Shown: one piece after another, positions 1 through 7,467 of the stretch
How the letters are laid out: every line of letters begins with the position of its first letter
How positions within the stretch are numbered: position 1 is the first letter of the stretch
From: Aquificaceae bacterium
Lineage (GTDB): Bacteria > Aquificota > Aquificia > Aquificales > Aquificaceae
Direction of reading: 5' to 3'
Length of the DNA stretch: 24,000 nt
Assembly: GCA_041640635.1 (NCBI GenBank)
Contig: JBEPZX010000003.1
Span: forward strand, 68,540-92,539
The notes under the pieces: model-generated
Database searches by the model: none
What the model saw: the letters and a program-made list of their open reading frames with translations, nothing else
What the model was told of the DNA's origin: nothing
Position numbers and translations under genes: made by a program

Positions 1-65
1 ATCCACACTCTTGACAAACAAACTTTGTGTTTAATTTCCCCATTTAGTTTTAATATAAGTTTGCT

Positions 66-794
66 TCAGAGACTCTCAACAATTAGCGCTCTCTTTTCTA
101 AGCACTCCTTTACGCTTTCTATGTCTTTCCCTCTGACAAAGTAAACTCTGCCACCGATAGGTGTGTTGGGTTCTTTTAGAGGTTTTATTCTCACGTAACC
201 TAAACTCCTGCTTGCCACATAACCGGTGGTGTAGTCTGGATCGTCACTCCAACAGAGCTCTGCCACAACTCCGCAATAGATGTTTTTGGTAGCCAAAGCC
301 AAAGCATCAATTAGTCTTTTTATGTAGTAAGGTTTTACACCTCTAGCTTTTAACGCCTTTTCTATGGCTTTTCTGTCCTTCCAATCGAACATCACCGTTC
401 TTACACCCCTTTCTTGATCCTCCTCTAACCTTTCTCCCATAATCGTATCCATCAAAACAGCACCCCTCATGTTTCCACCCTTTGGATTGGGACCCCTTGC
501 CAATAGGTCTATACCCTTCCATGCTACACCTTCTGGAACACCTGCCTCTACAAGTTTTTTTACTGCAAACTCTCTGGCTTTTTCTACACTCTCAAAGTCG
601 TAGCTGTAAATAGGCAAAGCCTTTTCTATGGTAAAAACATTTTCTACCTTTTCTATGGTTATGACCATCTTATCGTAATCCTTCGGTCTTCTGTAGAGCT
701 CTAGCAAGACTTTATATGTTCTTTCTTCCGTGAGCCTTTCAGCACCGGATACGTGCTTGCCTTCCTTTTCCGCCCTCATCCTAAGGCTCCACAT
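66..794 (-). CDS. bioW: 6-carboxyhexanoate-CoA ligase (pimeloyl-CoA synthetase) BioW
   Basis: 242-aa ORF. The N-terminal LRMRAEKEGKHVSGAERL and the C-terminal VAELCWSDDPDYTTGYVAS match the BioW signatures I recall from B. subtilis (VRMRA..GKHISGGERL, AELCWSDDPDYITGYVA). The ATG lies 1 nt after the stop of the upstream GT2 gene. Confidence 0.88.
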   Translation of the reverse strand: MWSLRMRAEKEGKHVSGAERLTEERTYKVLLELYRRPKDYDKMVITIEKVENVFTIEKALPIYSYDFESVEKAREFAVKKLVEAGVPEGVAWKGIDLLARGPNPKGGNMRGAVLMDTIMGERLEEDQERGVRTVMFDWKDRKAIEKALKARGVKPYYIKRLIDALALATKNIYCGVVAELCWSDDPDYTTGYVASRSLGYVRIKPLKEPNTPIGGRVYFVRGKDIESVKECLEKRALIVESL

Positions 795-795
795 G

Positions 796-1560
796 TTACG
801 GTCTCCAGAGTTTGTCCTTGTACTTTTCTTTTAGCTCCAACTCCCACAAAAAAAGATATTTCAAGAAGGTGTACACAAAAGATGACATGGAAACGCAAAG
901 ACCTCTCATCCCATCCAAAAAGCCAAGCTTTAAGAGGTAGACCTTTACAAAAGCCCACAAAGGATTAAGAACTAAGTTGTAAAGCCTAAACCTTTTGCCC
1001 TGACTGTAAACATAATTTGCCACTATTTGAGCATACTTGACATTTTTTTGGTACTGCTCAAGCAAGTTCCTGTAAGAGTAGTGGTAGAGGTCCCCCTTTA
1101 GTTTACCCATTTTGCCATTCAGTATGTACTCCTCGTGAAGCTCACCTTCTATCCTAATTAAGTGCTTTTTAAAAAGCCTTAATCTCCACTCAGGATACCA
1201 CGCATGCTTTAAAAAGGCACCTGCATAGTAGGTGCGCCTGTTTATCATGTAGCCATCGTATCTGGGATTTTCCAACTCTTTCTTTATGGATTGTTTGAGT
1301 TCTTCAGAGACCTCTTCATCGGCATCCAAAACAAGCACCCAGTCACCCTGACAGAGGTTAATGCCGTATTGGAGTTGTTTTGCGTGTCCCTGCCACTCTT
1401 TAAAGTAAACGGTAGCACCTAATTCTTTAGCTATCTGAACCGTTTCATCTGTAGATCCTGAGTCCAAAACAACGACTTCATCCGCTACATCCTTCACACT
1501 TTGGATAGCTCTTTTTATGTTGTCCTCTTCATTTTTGGTGCGTATGAGAACAGAAAGCAT
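796..1560 (-). CDS. Family-2 glycosyltransferase (GT-A fold, LPS-core WaaE/KdtX-like)
   Basis: 254 aa. It begins LSVLIRTKNEEDNI and carries VLDSGSTDET and a DxD motif in VLDADEEV, with a hydrophobic C-terminal tail. This is the typical short GT2 layout. Confidence 0.8.
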   Translation of the reverse strand: MLSVLIRTKNEEDNIKRAIQSVKDVADEVVVLDSGSTDETVQIAKELGATVYFKEWQGHAKQLQYGINLCQGDWVLVLDADEEVSEELKQSIKKELENPRYDGYMINRRTYYAGAFLKHAWYPEWRLRLFKKHLIRIEGELHEEYILNGKMGKLKGDLYHYSYRNLLEQYQKNVKYAQIVANYVYSQGKRFRLYNLVLNPLWAFVKVYLLKLGFLDGMRGLCVSMSSFVYTFLKYLFLWELELKEKYKDKLWRP

Positions 1561-1568
1561 GTAAAAGA

Positions 1569-1596
1569 ATTTTAAAACACCTTACTGTAGGTTCAA
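1569..1596 (-). promoter_or_regulatory. Putative sigma-70 promoter for the GT2-bioW unit, TTGAAC-N16-TAAAAT, with the -10 box 8 nt from the ATG
   Basis: The minus strand reads TTGAAC (1596-1591), a 16-nt spacer, TAAAAT (1574-1569), tcttttac, then ATG (1560). There is no Shine-Dalgarno sequence between the -10 box and the ATG. Confidence 0.4.
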
Positions 1597-1601
1597 TGAA
1601 T

Positions 1602-1607
1602 TATATT
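1602..1607 (+). promoter_or_regulatory. -10-like TATATT box upstream of hemN
   Basis: TATATT lies 2 nt before ATG 1610 and 8 nt before the in-frame ATG 1616. If it is functional, it favours 1616 as a leaderless start. No convincing -35 element. Confidence 0.25.
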
Positions 1608-1609
1608 TA

Positions 1610-2986
1610 ATGTATATGAGAACTGTATTTAACGAAGAACTCATAAAAAAATACGACAGACCAGGACCTAGATACACAAGTTACCCACCGGCTACCGAGT
1701 TTTCCGAAGATGTAAAGGAAGAGCACTACAGGCAAGCCCTTTTAAAGAGCAATCTTTCCAATAGACCTCTTTCTCTTTACTTTCATATACCTTTTTGTGA
1801 AAGTGCCTGTTGGTTTTGCGGTTGCAATGTGATTATCTCCCACAGAAAGGATGTAACACGTAGATACCTAGACTACGTCTACAGAGAAATGGACATGCTT
1901 TCCAAATACTTGGATGTCTCTAGACCTGTTGTCCAGCTTCACTGGGGTGGTGGTACTCCCAACTTTTTGAGCAACCAAGAGATAGAGGAATTTTTCCAAA
2001 AGATAAGAGAACGCTTTAATATATGGGAAGATGCCGAAATAAGCGCAGAAATAGATCCAAGATACCTTTCTCAAGGACAATTGGAAACTCTAAAAAAAGT
2101 GGGCTTTAACAGAGTGAGTATGGGGCTCCAAGACCTTGACGAAGAAGTCCAAAGAGCCATAAACAGAATACAACCTTTTGAGCTTATGCATGACGTTATG
2201 GATCAACTCAGAAGCTTGGGCTTTAAAAGCATAAACATAGATCTTGTGTATGGGCTTCCTTACCAAACACCCCAGAAGTTCAAAAAAACCATAGAAAAAA
2301 CCATACAACTAAGCCCAGATAGGGTAGCCGTTTATAACTTTGCCTATGTGCCATGGCTAAAGCCCCTGCAGAGGAAGATCGATCCCAACACTTTGACTCC
2401 ACCTCAGGACAAGCTTACCATACTTCAAATGAGCATACAGATGTTCCAAGATGCTGGATATGTATTTATAGGAATGGATCACTTTGCAAAGCCTGACGAT
2501 GAGCTAGCTGTAGCTCAAAGAGAAGGCACCCTATGGAGAAACTTCCAAGGATACACCACCAAAAAGGGAGTGGACCTAATAGGCATAGGCGCTACATCCA
2601 TAGGCATGTTGGACCATGCTTACTTCCAAAACTACAAGACCATCAGAGAGTACTACATGGCTATAGATGAAGGCAAGCTCCCCACAATGCGTGGTATTCT
2701 TTTGAGTTACCAGGACATGTTGAGAAGGGAAATCATAATGGACCTCATGTGTAACTTTGTTTTAGACTTTGAAAAAATAGAAAGGACCTTCGGTATAGAC
2801 TTTGCTTCTCACTTTTCACAGGAGCTAGAACAGCTAAAAGAGATGCAAAGGGATGGTCTATTAGAGATTCACTCAAGAGGAATAACGGTTTTACCACAGG
2901 GACGCCTTTTAATTAGAAACATAGCCATGGTTTTTGATGAGTATATAAAATCCAAAGAGGAACTCAGGTTTTCAAGAACGATATGA
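1610..2986 (+). CDS. hemN: Oxygen-independent coproporphyrinogen III oxidase (radical SAM, HemN type)
   Basis: 458 aa. It has the HemN N-terminal motif [17 protein letters not shown], the radical-SAM cluster [10 protein letters not shown] (CxxxCxxC), GGGTPNFL, and a full-length C-terminal HemN domain. The start may be ATG 1610 or ATG 1616. Confidence 0.9.
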   Translation: MYMRTVFNEELIKKYDRPGPRYTSYPPATEFSEDVKEEHYRQALLKSNLSNRPLSLYFHIPFCESACWFCGCNVIISHRKDVTRRYLDYVYREMDMLSKYLDVSRPVVQLHWGGGTPNFLSNQEIEEFFQKIRERFNIWEDAEISAEIDPRYLSQGQLETLKKVGFNRVSMGLQDLDEEVQRAINRIQPFELMHDVMDQLRSLGFKSINIDLVYGLPYQTPQKFKKTIEKTIQLSPDRVAVYNFAYVPWLKPLQRKIDPNTLTPPQDKLTILQMSIQMFQDAGYVFIGMDHFAKPDDELAVAQREGTLWRNFQGYTTKKGVDLIGIGATSIGMLDHAYFQNYKTIREYYMAIDEGKLPTMRGILLSYQDMLRREIIMDLMCNFVLDFEKIERTFGIDFASHFSQELEQLKEMQRDGLLEIHSRGITVLPQGRLLIRNIAMVFDEYIKSKEELRFSRTI

Positions 2987-3897
2987 ACAGGCTCTTGGAA
3001 TTAAGCCAAGTTAGCAAGCGTTTTTACTTTTACAAAAATCCTTTCAAAAAAGGTTACATAGACGCAATAAAGGATATTAGTTTTTCCATAAACAAAGGGG
3101 AGATATTTGCCCTTGTAGGTGAGTCAGGCTCAGGCAAAAGCACAATTGGCAAGATTATCCTTCGATTAGAAAGACCTAGCGAGGGGAGAGTGGTACTAGA
3201 AGGCAAAGATATATACGCCTATAGAAGGGAGTATACAAGATTTGTGTCCGCTGTGTTTCAAGATCCTTCAAGTTCCCTAAATCCACATATGAAGGTAAAA
3301 GATATAATTACAGAACCTTTGGCTGTCCATGGGGTAAAAGAAAAGGAAGAAAAACTAGAAAAAGCTTTAGAGCTTGTAAAGTTAGATAAAGACTTGGTAA
3401 ACAGAAAGCCTACCCAGCTATCTGGAGGTCAGCGCCAGAGGGTAGCCATAGCAAGAGCTATCGTTTTGGAGCCAAAACTGATAGTGGCGGACGAGCCAAC
3501 AGCTTCGTTGGATGCCAGTGTAAGAGTAGGAATACTTGAACTCTTTAAGGTTCTAAAAAACAATGGTATAAGTGTTTTGTTCATCACCCATGACATAAGG
3601 TCAGTAGAAAAAATAGCCGACAGGGTAGGCGTTCTGTACAGAGGCGTATTGATGGAGTTAGGTGATAAAGATAGTGTTTTAGGTTCACCAAAGCACCCAT
3701 ACACCAAATACCTGCTCGAAAACATTCCAGTAAAGCATCCATCGCAAAGGCATCAGGTAGACACACAAGAGCCATGGTATATAGAACAGGCTCAGTGTCC
3801 TTTCTATTTTATGTGTCCAGATAGGTTAAACTCATGCAAAGAGAGTGTAAGGGAGGTCTTTTTAGATGGAACCATCGTCAAGTGTAATATATATTGA
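2983..3897 (+). CDS. ABC transporter ATP-binding protein, oligopeptide/dipeptide (OppF/DppF) type
   Basis: 304 aa. Motifs present are Walker [10 protein letters not shown], signature LSGGQRQR, Walker [13 protein letters not shown], an H-loop ITHD, and a C-terminal Opp/Dpp extension with C-x5-C-x6-C-x15-C. The ATGA overlaps the hemN stop. Confidence 0.85.
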   Translation: MNRLLELSQVSKRFYFYKNPFKKGYIDAIKDISFSINKGEIFALVGESGSGKSTIGKIILRLERPSEGRVVLEGKDIYAYRREYTRFVSAVFQDPSSSLNPHMKVKDIITEPLAVHGVKEKEEKLEKALELVKLDKDLVNRKPTQLSGGQRQRVAIARAIVLEPKLIVADEPTASLDASVRVGILELFKVLKNNGISVLFITHDIRSVEKIADRVGVLYRGVLMELGDKDSVLGSPKHPYTKYLLENIPVKHPSQRHQVDTQEPWYIEQAQCPFYFMCPDRLNSCKESVREVFLDGTIVKCNIY

Positions 3898-5107
3898 CCT
3901 TATTGTATTTTTATTCCTTCTTTACTTATCAGGGTTTTTTAGCTCGTCTGAAGTAGTCTTTTTTGGTGCAAATCGCTATATTCTAAAGTTGAAAAAGGGG
4001 AAAGTCTACTCTGTTTTGAATAAACTTTTGGATAAAAAACATCAGCTGCTTCTTTCCATACTGATTGGTAATGAATTAGTTAATGTTCTATTATCCTCAT
4101 ACAGTACAAAACTATTTGTAGATTACTTTGGTTCCAAAGGCGCTGGTTTGGCTGTAGTTCTTTCTAGCACCTTAATATTTGTCTTCGGTGAAGTACTTCC
4201 CAAAAACCTTGTTTATCCCTTTACTACCAAGTTATCTCCAGCGTATGCCATTCCTTTTTCTTTAATTCACGTTGCTTTCTTGCCTCTGCGCTTTCTTCTT
4301 AACAGGTTAACTAAAAGGATTTTGGGTGATGGTATGGAAAAGGAGGTGTCTACAAAGGATAGTTTAATGGACATACTAGAAATGGCATTAAACCAAAAGG
4401 TGTTTGACCATCAAGACATAGCCATTGCCCAAAAGGTTTTATCTTTGGATAGCGTTTTGGTAAAGGAAATTATGGTTCCCAAACCTGATATGTTTGTGTT
4501 GGATGAGGATTTAACAGTAAACGAATCTATAGATCTCATACTTAGGAAAAAACACAGTAGAGTACCTCTGTACAAAGAGAATCAAGATAACATAACAGGC
4601 ATACTGTACGTAAAGGATATGGTTCCACTCGATTTGACGAGAGATAAAAAGCTAAGTGAGTTTAAAAAACAAGCCCTATTTGTTCCAGAAGTTCAAACTT
4701 TGAGAGATCTTTTGGAAGAGCTCAAAAGCGAAAACAAGCAAATGGCAATAGTAGTTGGAGAACATGGAGAGGTTGTGGGTCTTATCACACTTTACGACAT
4801 ACTAAAGTTCTGTTTTGGCACTCTGCCAGAATCCTGGGAAGGTGGTATTGTAAGGGTATCCAAAGACATGTACAAAATAGAAGCTTGGGTTGATGTAGAA
4901 GATTTCTCTCAGGAATTAGGAATAAGCCTACCTGAAGAGTACGAGTACGACACAGTAGGAGGCTTTGTTATGTCCATGCTTGGTCATATTCCAGAAGAAG
5001 GTGACGAGTTTGAATATGACGGTTATAAGTTCAAGGTCCAAAAGATGGAAGGTAACAGAATCCTTTACGTATATGCTATAAAGGTTGGCAAGGAAGCACT
5101 AAAATGA
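3866..5107 (+). CDS. CNNM/HlyC/CorC-family membrane protein (DUF21 TM domain + CBS pair + CorC_HlyC)
   Basis: 413 aa. The hydrophobic N-terminus has GNELVNVLLS and FGEVLPKN (DUF21). A CBS pair follows (IMVPKPDMFVL...RVPLY...ITGILYVKD; MAIVVGEHGEVVGLITLYDIL). The C-terminus reads GGFVMSMLGHIPEEGDEFEYDGYKFKVQKMEGNRI. It overlaps the upstream gene by 32 nt. Confidence 0.85.
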   Translation: MEPSSSVIYIDLIVFLFLLYLSGFFSSSEVVFFGANRYILKLKKGKVYSVLNKLLDKKHQLLLSILIGNELVNVLLSSYSTKLFVDYFGSKGAGLAVVLSSTLIFVFGEVLPKNLVYPFTTKLSPAYAIPFSLIHVAFLPLRFLLNRLTKRILGDGMEKEVSTKDSLMDILEMALNQKVFDHQDIAIAQKVLSLDSVLVKEIMVPKPDMFVLDEDLTVNESIDLILRKKHSRVPLYKENQDNITGILYVKDMVPLDLTRDKKLSEFKKQALFVPEVQTLRDLLEELKSENKQMAIVVGEHGEVVGLITLYDILKFCFGTLPESWEGGIVRVSKDMYKIEAWVDVEDFSQELGISLPEEYEYDTVGGFVMSMLGHIPEEGDEFEYDGYKFKVQKMEGNRILYVYAIKVGKEALK

Positions 5108-6210
5108 AACCTTCCGTTGAGTTAAAAGCCAAGGTAAACCTAAACCTTTTCTTAAAAGTAGATGTTTCACTTCTGATTGCTAATGCAGCCGACATTGAGC
5201 AAGAATTAGATCAAATAGAGCCATACCTTACCCTTATAACCAAAAAACTTCCCAAATGGTTTTATTGGGACACACCTAAAAACTTTGAAGCGCCTTACAC
5301 TGAAGACGAGATAAGGATACTAATAAGTCAAGCTAGGTTAGAGCTGGATGGTAAAGACTTTGAGATTGCACAGGAGCTTTTGTACAGTGTTAACGATAGG
5401 GGTTACTTAAAGGTTGATGTTCAAGAGATAGCAAGAGCTTTGCGGGTGGATGTAGAGAGTGTAGAAAAGGTGAGACGCTTTATTATGCGAGAGCTAGAGC
5501 CGTTGGGGGTATGTAGCAAAGATCTATTTGAGTTCTTACAGTTGCAACTTGAAGAACTTTATCCCAAAAAACATAGCTTGCACAAAGAGGTCATTGAAGC
5601 TTTAAAGACTGGAAGGGTAGACTCGCAAATAAAGGAATTTCTTTCTTGTTTTAGGCTTTCTCCTTTGAGTGGTAAAGTCGTATACAGGTCAGGTCCGGTG
5701 GATGTAGTTGTTGAGCATGCAGATGGCGAGTGGGTAGTATTTATTTACGATGACTTTGTAGATCTAGAGATAAAAGATCATAACGAAGAGGATAAGAGCA
5801 TTAAGAAGGCTAAAAACCTAAAGTTTGTCTTGCAGATGCGCAGAGATATACTCAGAAAGGTAACTTACCAAGTTTTAGGAGTTCAGGAGGATTTTTTTCT
5901 GAAGGGCTACCCATTGAAAAGCCTTACACTCACAGAGGTTTCAAACAAAATAGGTATCGATGTTTCTACACTTAGTAGGATTGTTAACAATAAGTACATC
6001 AAAACTCCGTTGGGGATATATCCCTTGAGATTCTTTTTCGTCAGAAACAGTCTAAAAGGCCTTAGTACGGAGGAAGTTACAAGGTTAGTAAAAGAAGCTA
6101 TAAACAAGCTAGGACTTGAAGCCACCGATAAAGAGGTCTCTTTATACCTAAAGGAAATGGGGATAAACCTATCTCGCAGGACTGTTAACAAATACAGAAA
6201 ACTAATATGA
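5104..6210 (+). CDS. rpoN: RNA polymerase sigma-54 factor (short form)
   Basis: 368 aa. The core-binding region reads AQELLYSVNDRGYLKV...LEPLGVCSKDLFEFLQLQLEE. The C-terminal HTH is LTLTEVSNKIGIDVSTLSRIVNNKYIKTPLGIYPLRFFF, and the RpoN box is LSRRTVNKYRKLI at the extreme C-terminus. Region I is recognisable only weakly (see findings). The ATGA overlaps the upstream stop. Confidence 0.82.
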   Translation: MKPSVELKAKVNLNLFLKVDVSLLIANAADIEQELDQIEPYLTLITKKLPKWFYWDTPKNFEAPYTEDEIRILISQARLELDGKDFEIAQELLYSVNDRGYLKVDVQEIARALRVDVESVEKVRRFIMRELEPLGVCSKDLFEFLQLQLEELYPKKHSLHKEVIEALKTGRVDSQIKEFLSCFRLSPLSGKVVYRSGPVDVVVEHADGEWVVFIYDDFVDLEIKDHNEEDKSIKKAKNLKFVLQMRRDILRKVTYQVLGVQEDFFLKGYPLKSLTLTEVSNKIGIDVSTLSRIVNNKYIKTPLGIYPLRFFFVRNSLKGLSTEEVTRLVKEAINKLGLEATDKEVSLYLKEMGINLSRRTVNKYRKLI

Positions 6211-6218
6211 ACTAGGTG

Positions 6219-6241
6219 TTAAACGACAGAAAAACGTTTAA
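6219..6241. repeat. Perfect inverted repeat TTAAACG-N9-CGTTTAA in the rpoN/deacetylase spacer
   Basis: Read directly: 6219-6225 TTAAACG, 6226-6234 acagaaaaa, 6235-6241 CGTTTAA. The right arm overlaps the TAAAAT box at 6239-6244. Its function is unknown. Confidence 0.5.
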
Positions 6242-6244
6242 AAT
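6239..6244 (+). promoter_or_regulatory. -10-like TAAAAT box 9 nt upstream of the deacetylase ATG
   Basis: The sequence is gtTTAAAATaataccttaATG, with no Shine-Dalgarno sequence and no good -35 element. Confidence 0.3.
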
Positions 6245-6253
6245 AATACCTTA

Positions 6254-7183
6254 ATGAAAGTAGGACTAATCTACAGTGATATTTACTTAAAGCACAATCA
6301 TGCGGGTCATCCCGAAAACAAAGATAGGTTAATTAGCGTAATGAGAACGTTAGATGAAAGAAGACTTACGCGGGAGGTTGCTCTAATAGAGCCAAGAAGG
6401 GCAAGTGCATTGGATGTTTCTCTAAATCACGAAGCAACTTACGTACAAGAGATTGCAGACTTTTGTCAAGCTGGCGGTGGCTACTTGGATCCGGATACCT
6501 ATGCGATTCCTGATTCTTACGAAGTTGCTCTGTATGCTGTAGGTGGTATCCTTCAAGGCATAGATGTTCTTCTGGATGGAACTTTGCAGGCTATCTTTTG
6601 TGCTGTTAGACCTCCTGGACATCACGCTGAGAGATCAAAGGCTATGGGTTTTTGCATATTTAACAACGTAGCTGTAGGTGGATTTTACCTTTTGCAAAAG
6701 GGTATAGATAGAGTTTTCATAATAGACTTTGATGCTCACCACGGTAACGGAACTCAAAAGAGTTTCTATGAAGAAGACAGGGTTTTTTATTTCTCCACAC
6801 ATGAGTATCCTTTCTATCCTGGCACAGGTTCTGTAGACGAGAAAGGTGCAGGTAAAGGCTATGGCTATACCTACAACGTTCCGTTACCAGCAGGCAGCGG
6901 CGACAGAGAATACAAGCAAGTTTACTCAGAGGTTTTGCCAAAGATAATGCTAGACTTTTCTCCAAGGTTTGTGCTTGTTTCTGCAGGATACGATATCCAC
7001 AAAGATGATCCCCTTACATACCTGAACGTAACAACAGAGGGTGTAGGATACATAGTGGAGTCTATACTTTCCACTTGCAGGCACTTAAATGCTCCTGTTC
7101 TCTTTGCCTTGGAAGGTGGCTACAACCTAAAGGCTTTAGGTGACTGCGTAGCTCTAACTATACAAAAAATGCTGGAGGTTTAA
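6254..7183 (+). CDS. Histone deacetylase-family (arginase fold) Zn-dependent deacetylase / acetoin-utilisation AcuC-like
   Basis: 309 aa. It carries HPENKDRL, RPPGHHA, the metal and active-site block IIDFDAHHGNGTQ, FYPGTG and EGGYN. The substrate (protein lysine versus polyamine) cannot be determined from sequence. Confidence 0.85.
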   Translation: MKVGLIYSDIYLKHNHAGHPENKDRLISVMRTLDERRLTREVALIEPRRASALDVSLNHEATYVQEIADFCQAGGGYLDPDTYAIPDSYEVALYAVGGILQGIDVLLDGTLQAIFCAVRPPGHHAERSKAMGFCIFNNVAVGGFYLLQKGIDRVFIIDFDAHHGNGTQKSFYEEDRVFYFSTHEYPFYPGTGSVDEKGAGKGYGYTYNVPLPAGSGDREYKQVYSEVLPKIMLDFSPRFVLVSAGYDIHKDDPLTYLNVTTEGVGYIVESILSTCRHLNAPVLFALEGGYNLKALGDCVALTIQKMLEV

Positions 7184-7185
7184 AC

Positions 7186-7398
7186 TTGCAAAGTATAAAT
7201 AGATACATCAAATATATATGGAAAGGATTTTCCTTCTTGCTTGTTACCTATGGTTTTTATCTTTTCTTTCTGTTTTTATTGGATACGCTAATAAGAGTGA
7301 ATAAAAAACTGGCTTTACCTGTTTCCGCGGGAATAACTATTCTTTTGATAATTTTTGTGGCTGTTTTTTGGTACAGAAAAAGGAGATTGCCCTTTTAG
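7186..7398 (+). CDS. Small hypothetical membrane protein (two predicted TM helices)
   Basis: 70 aa with a TTG start. GGAGG at 7174-7178 lies 7 nt upstream, inside the end of the deacetylase gene. There are two hydrophobic stretches (FSFLLVTYGFYLFFLFLL and LPVSAGITILLIIFVAVFWY) and a basic tail, RKRRLPF. I recognise no family. Confidence 0.45.
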   Translation: MQSINRYIKYIWKGFSFLLVTYGFYLFFLFLLDTLIRVNKKLALPVSAGITILLIIFVAVFWYRKRRLPF

Positions 7399-7467
7399 CT
7401 TAATGATTTTTGTCTATTGCAAATTATTCTAAATAAAACTATCTTTATACCTTAAGGAGAGTTAGAT

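Noticed and set aside
753-968. Overlapping 71-aa (plus) and 60-aa (minus) ORFs at the bioW/GT2 junction
   Set aside because: They overlap the 3' part of the GT2 gene and the bioW start. They match no family and have no translation signals, so they are most simply chance ORFs.
7399-7467. A stress-regulator operator (CtsR heptad repeat or CIRCE) upstream of clpC
   Set aside because: I saw no GGTCAAA-type direct repeat and no TTAGCACTC-N9-GAGTGCTAA-like palindrome. Only weak sigma-70-like hexamers are present (TTGCAA-N17-TATCTT or TTGTCT-N18-TAAAAC), which I could not rank.
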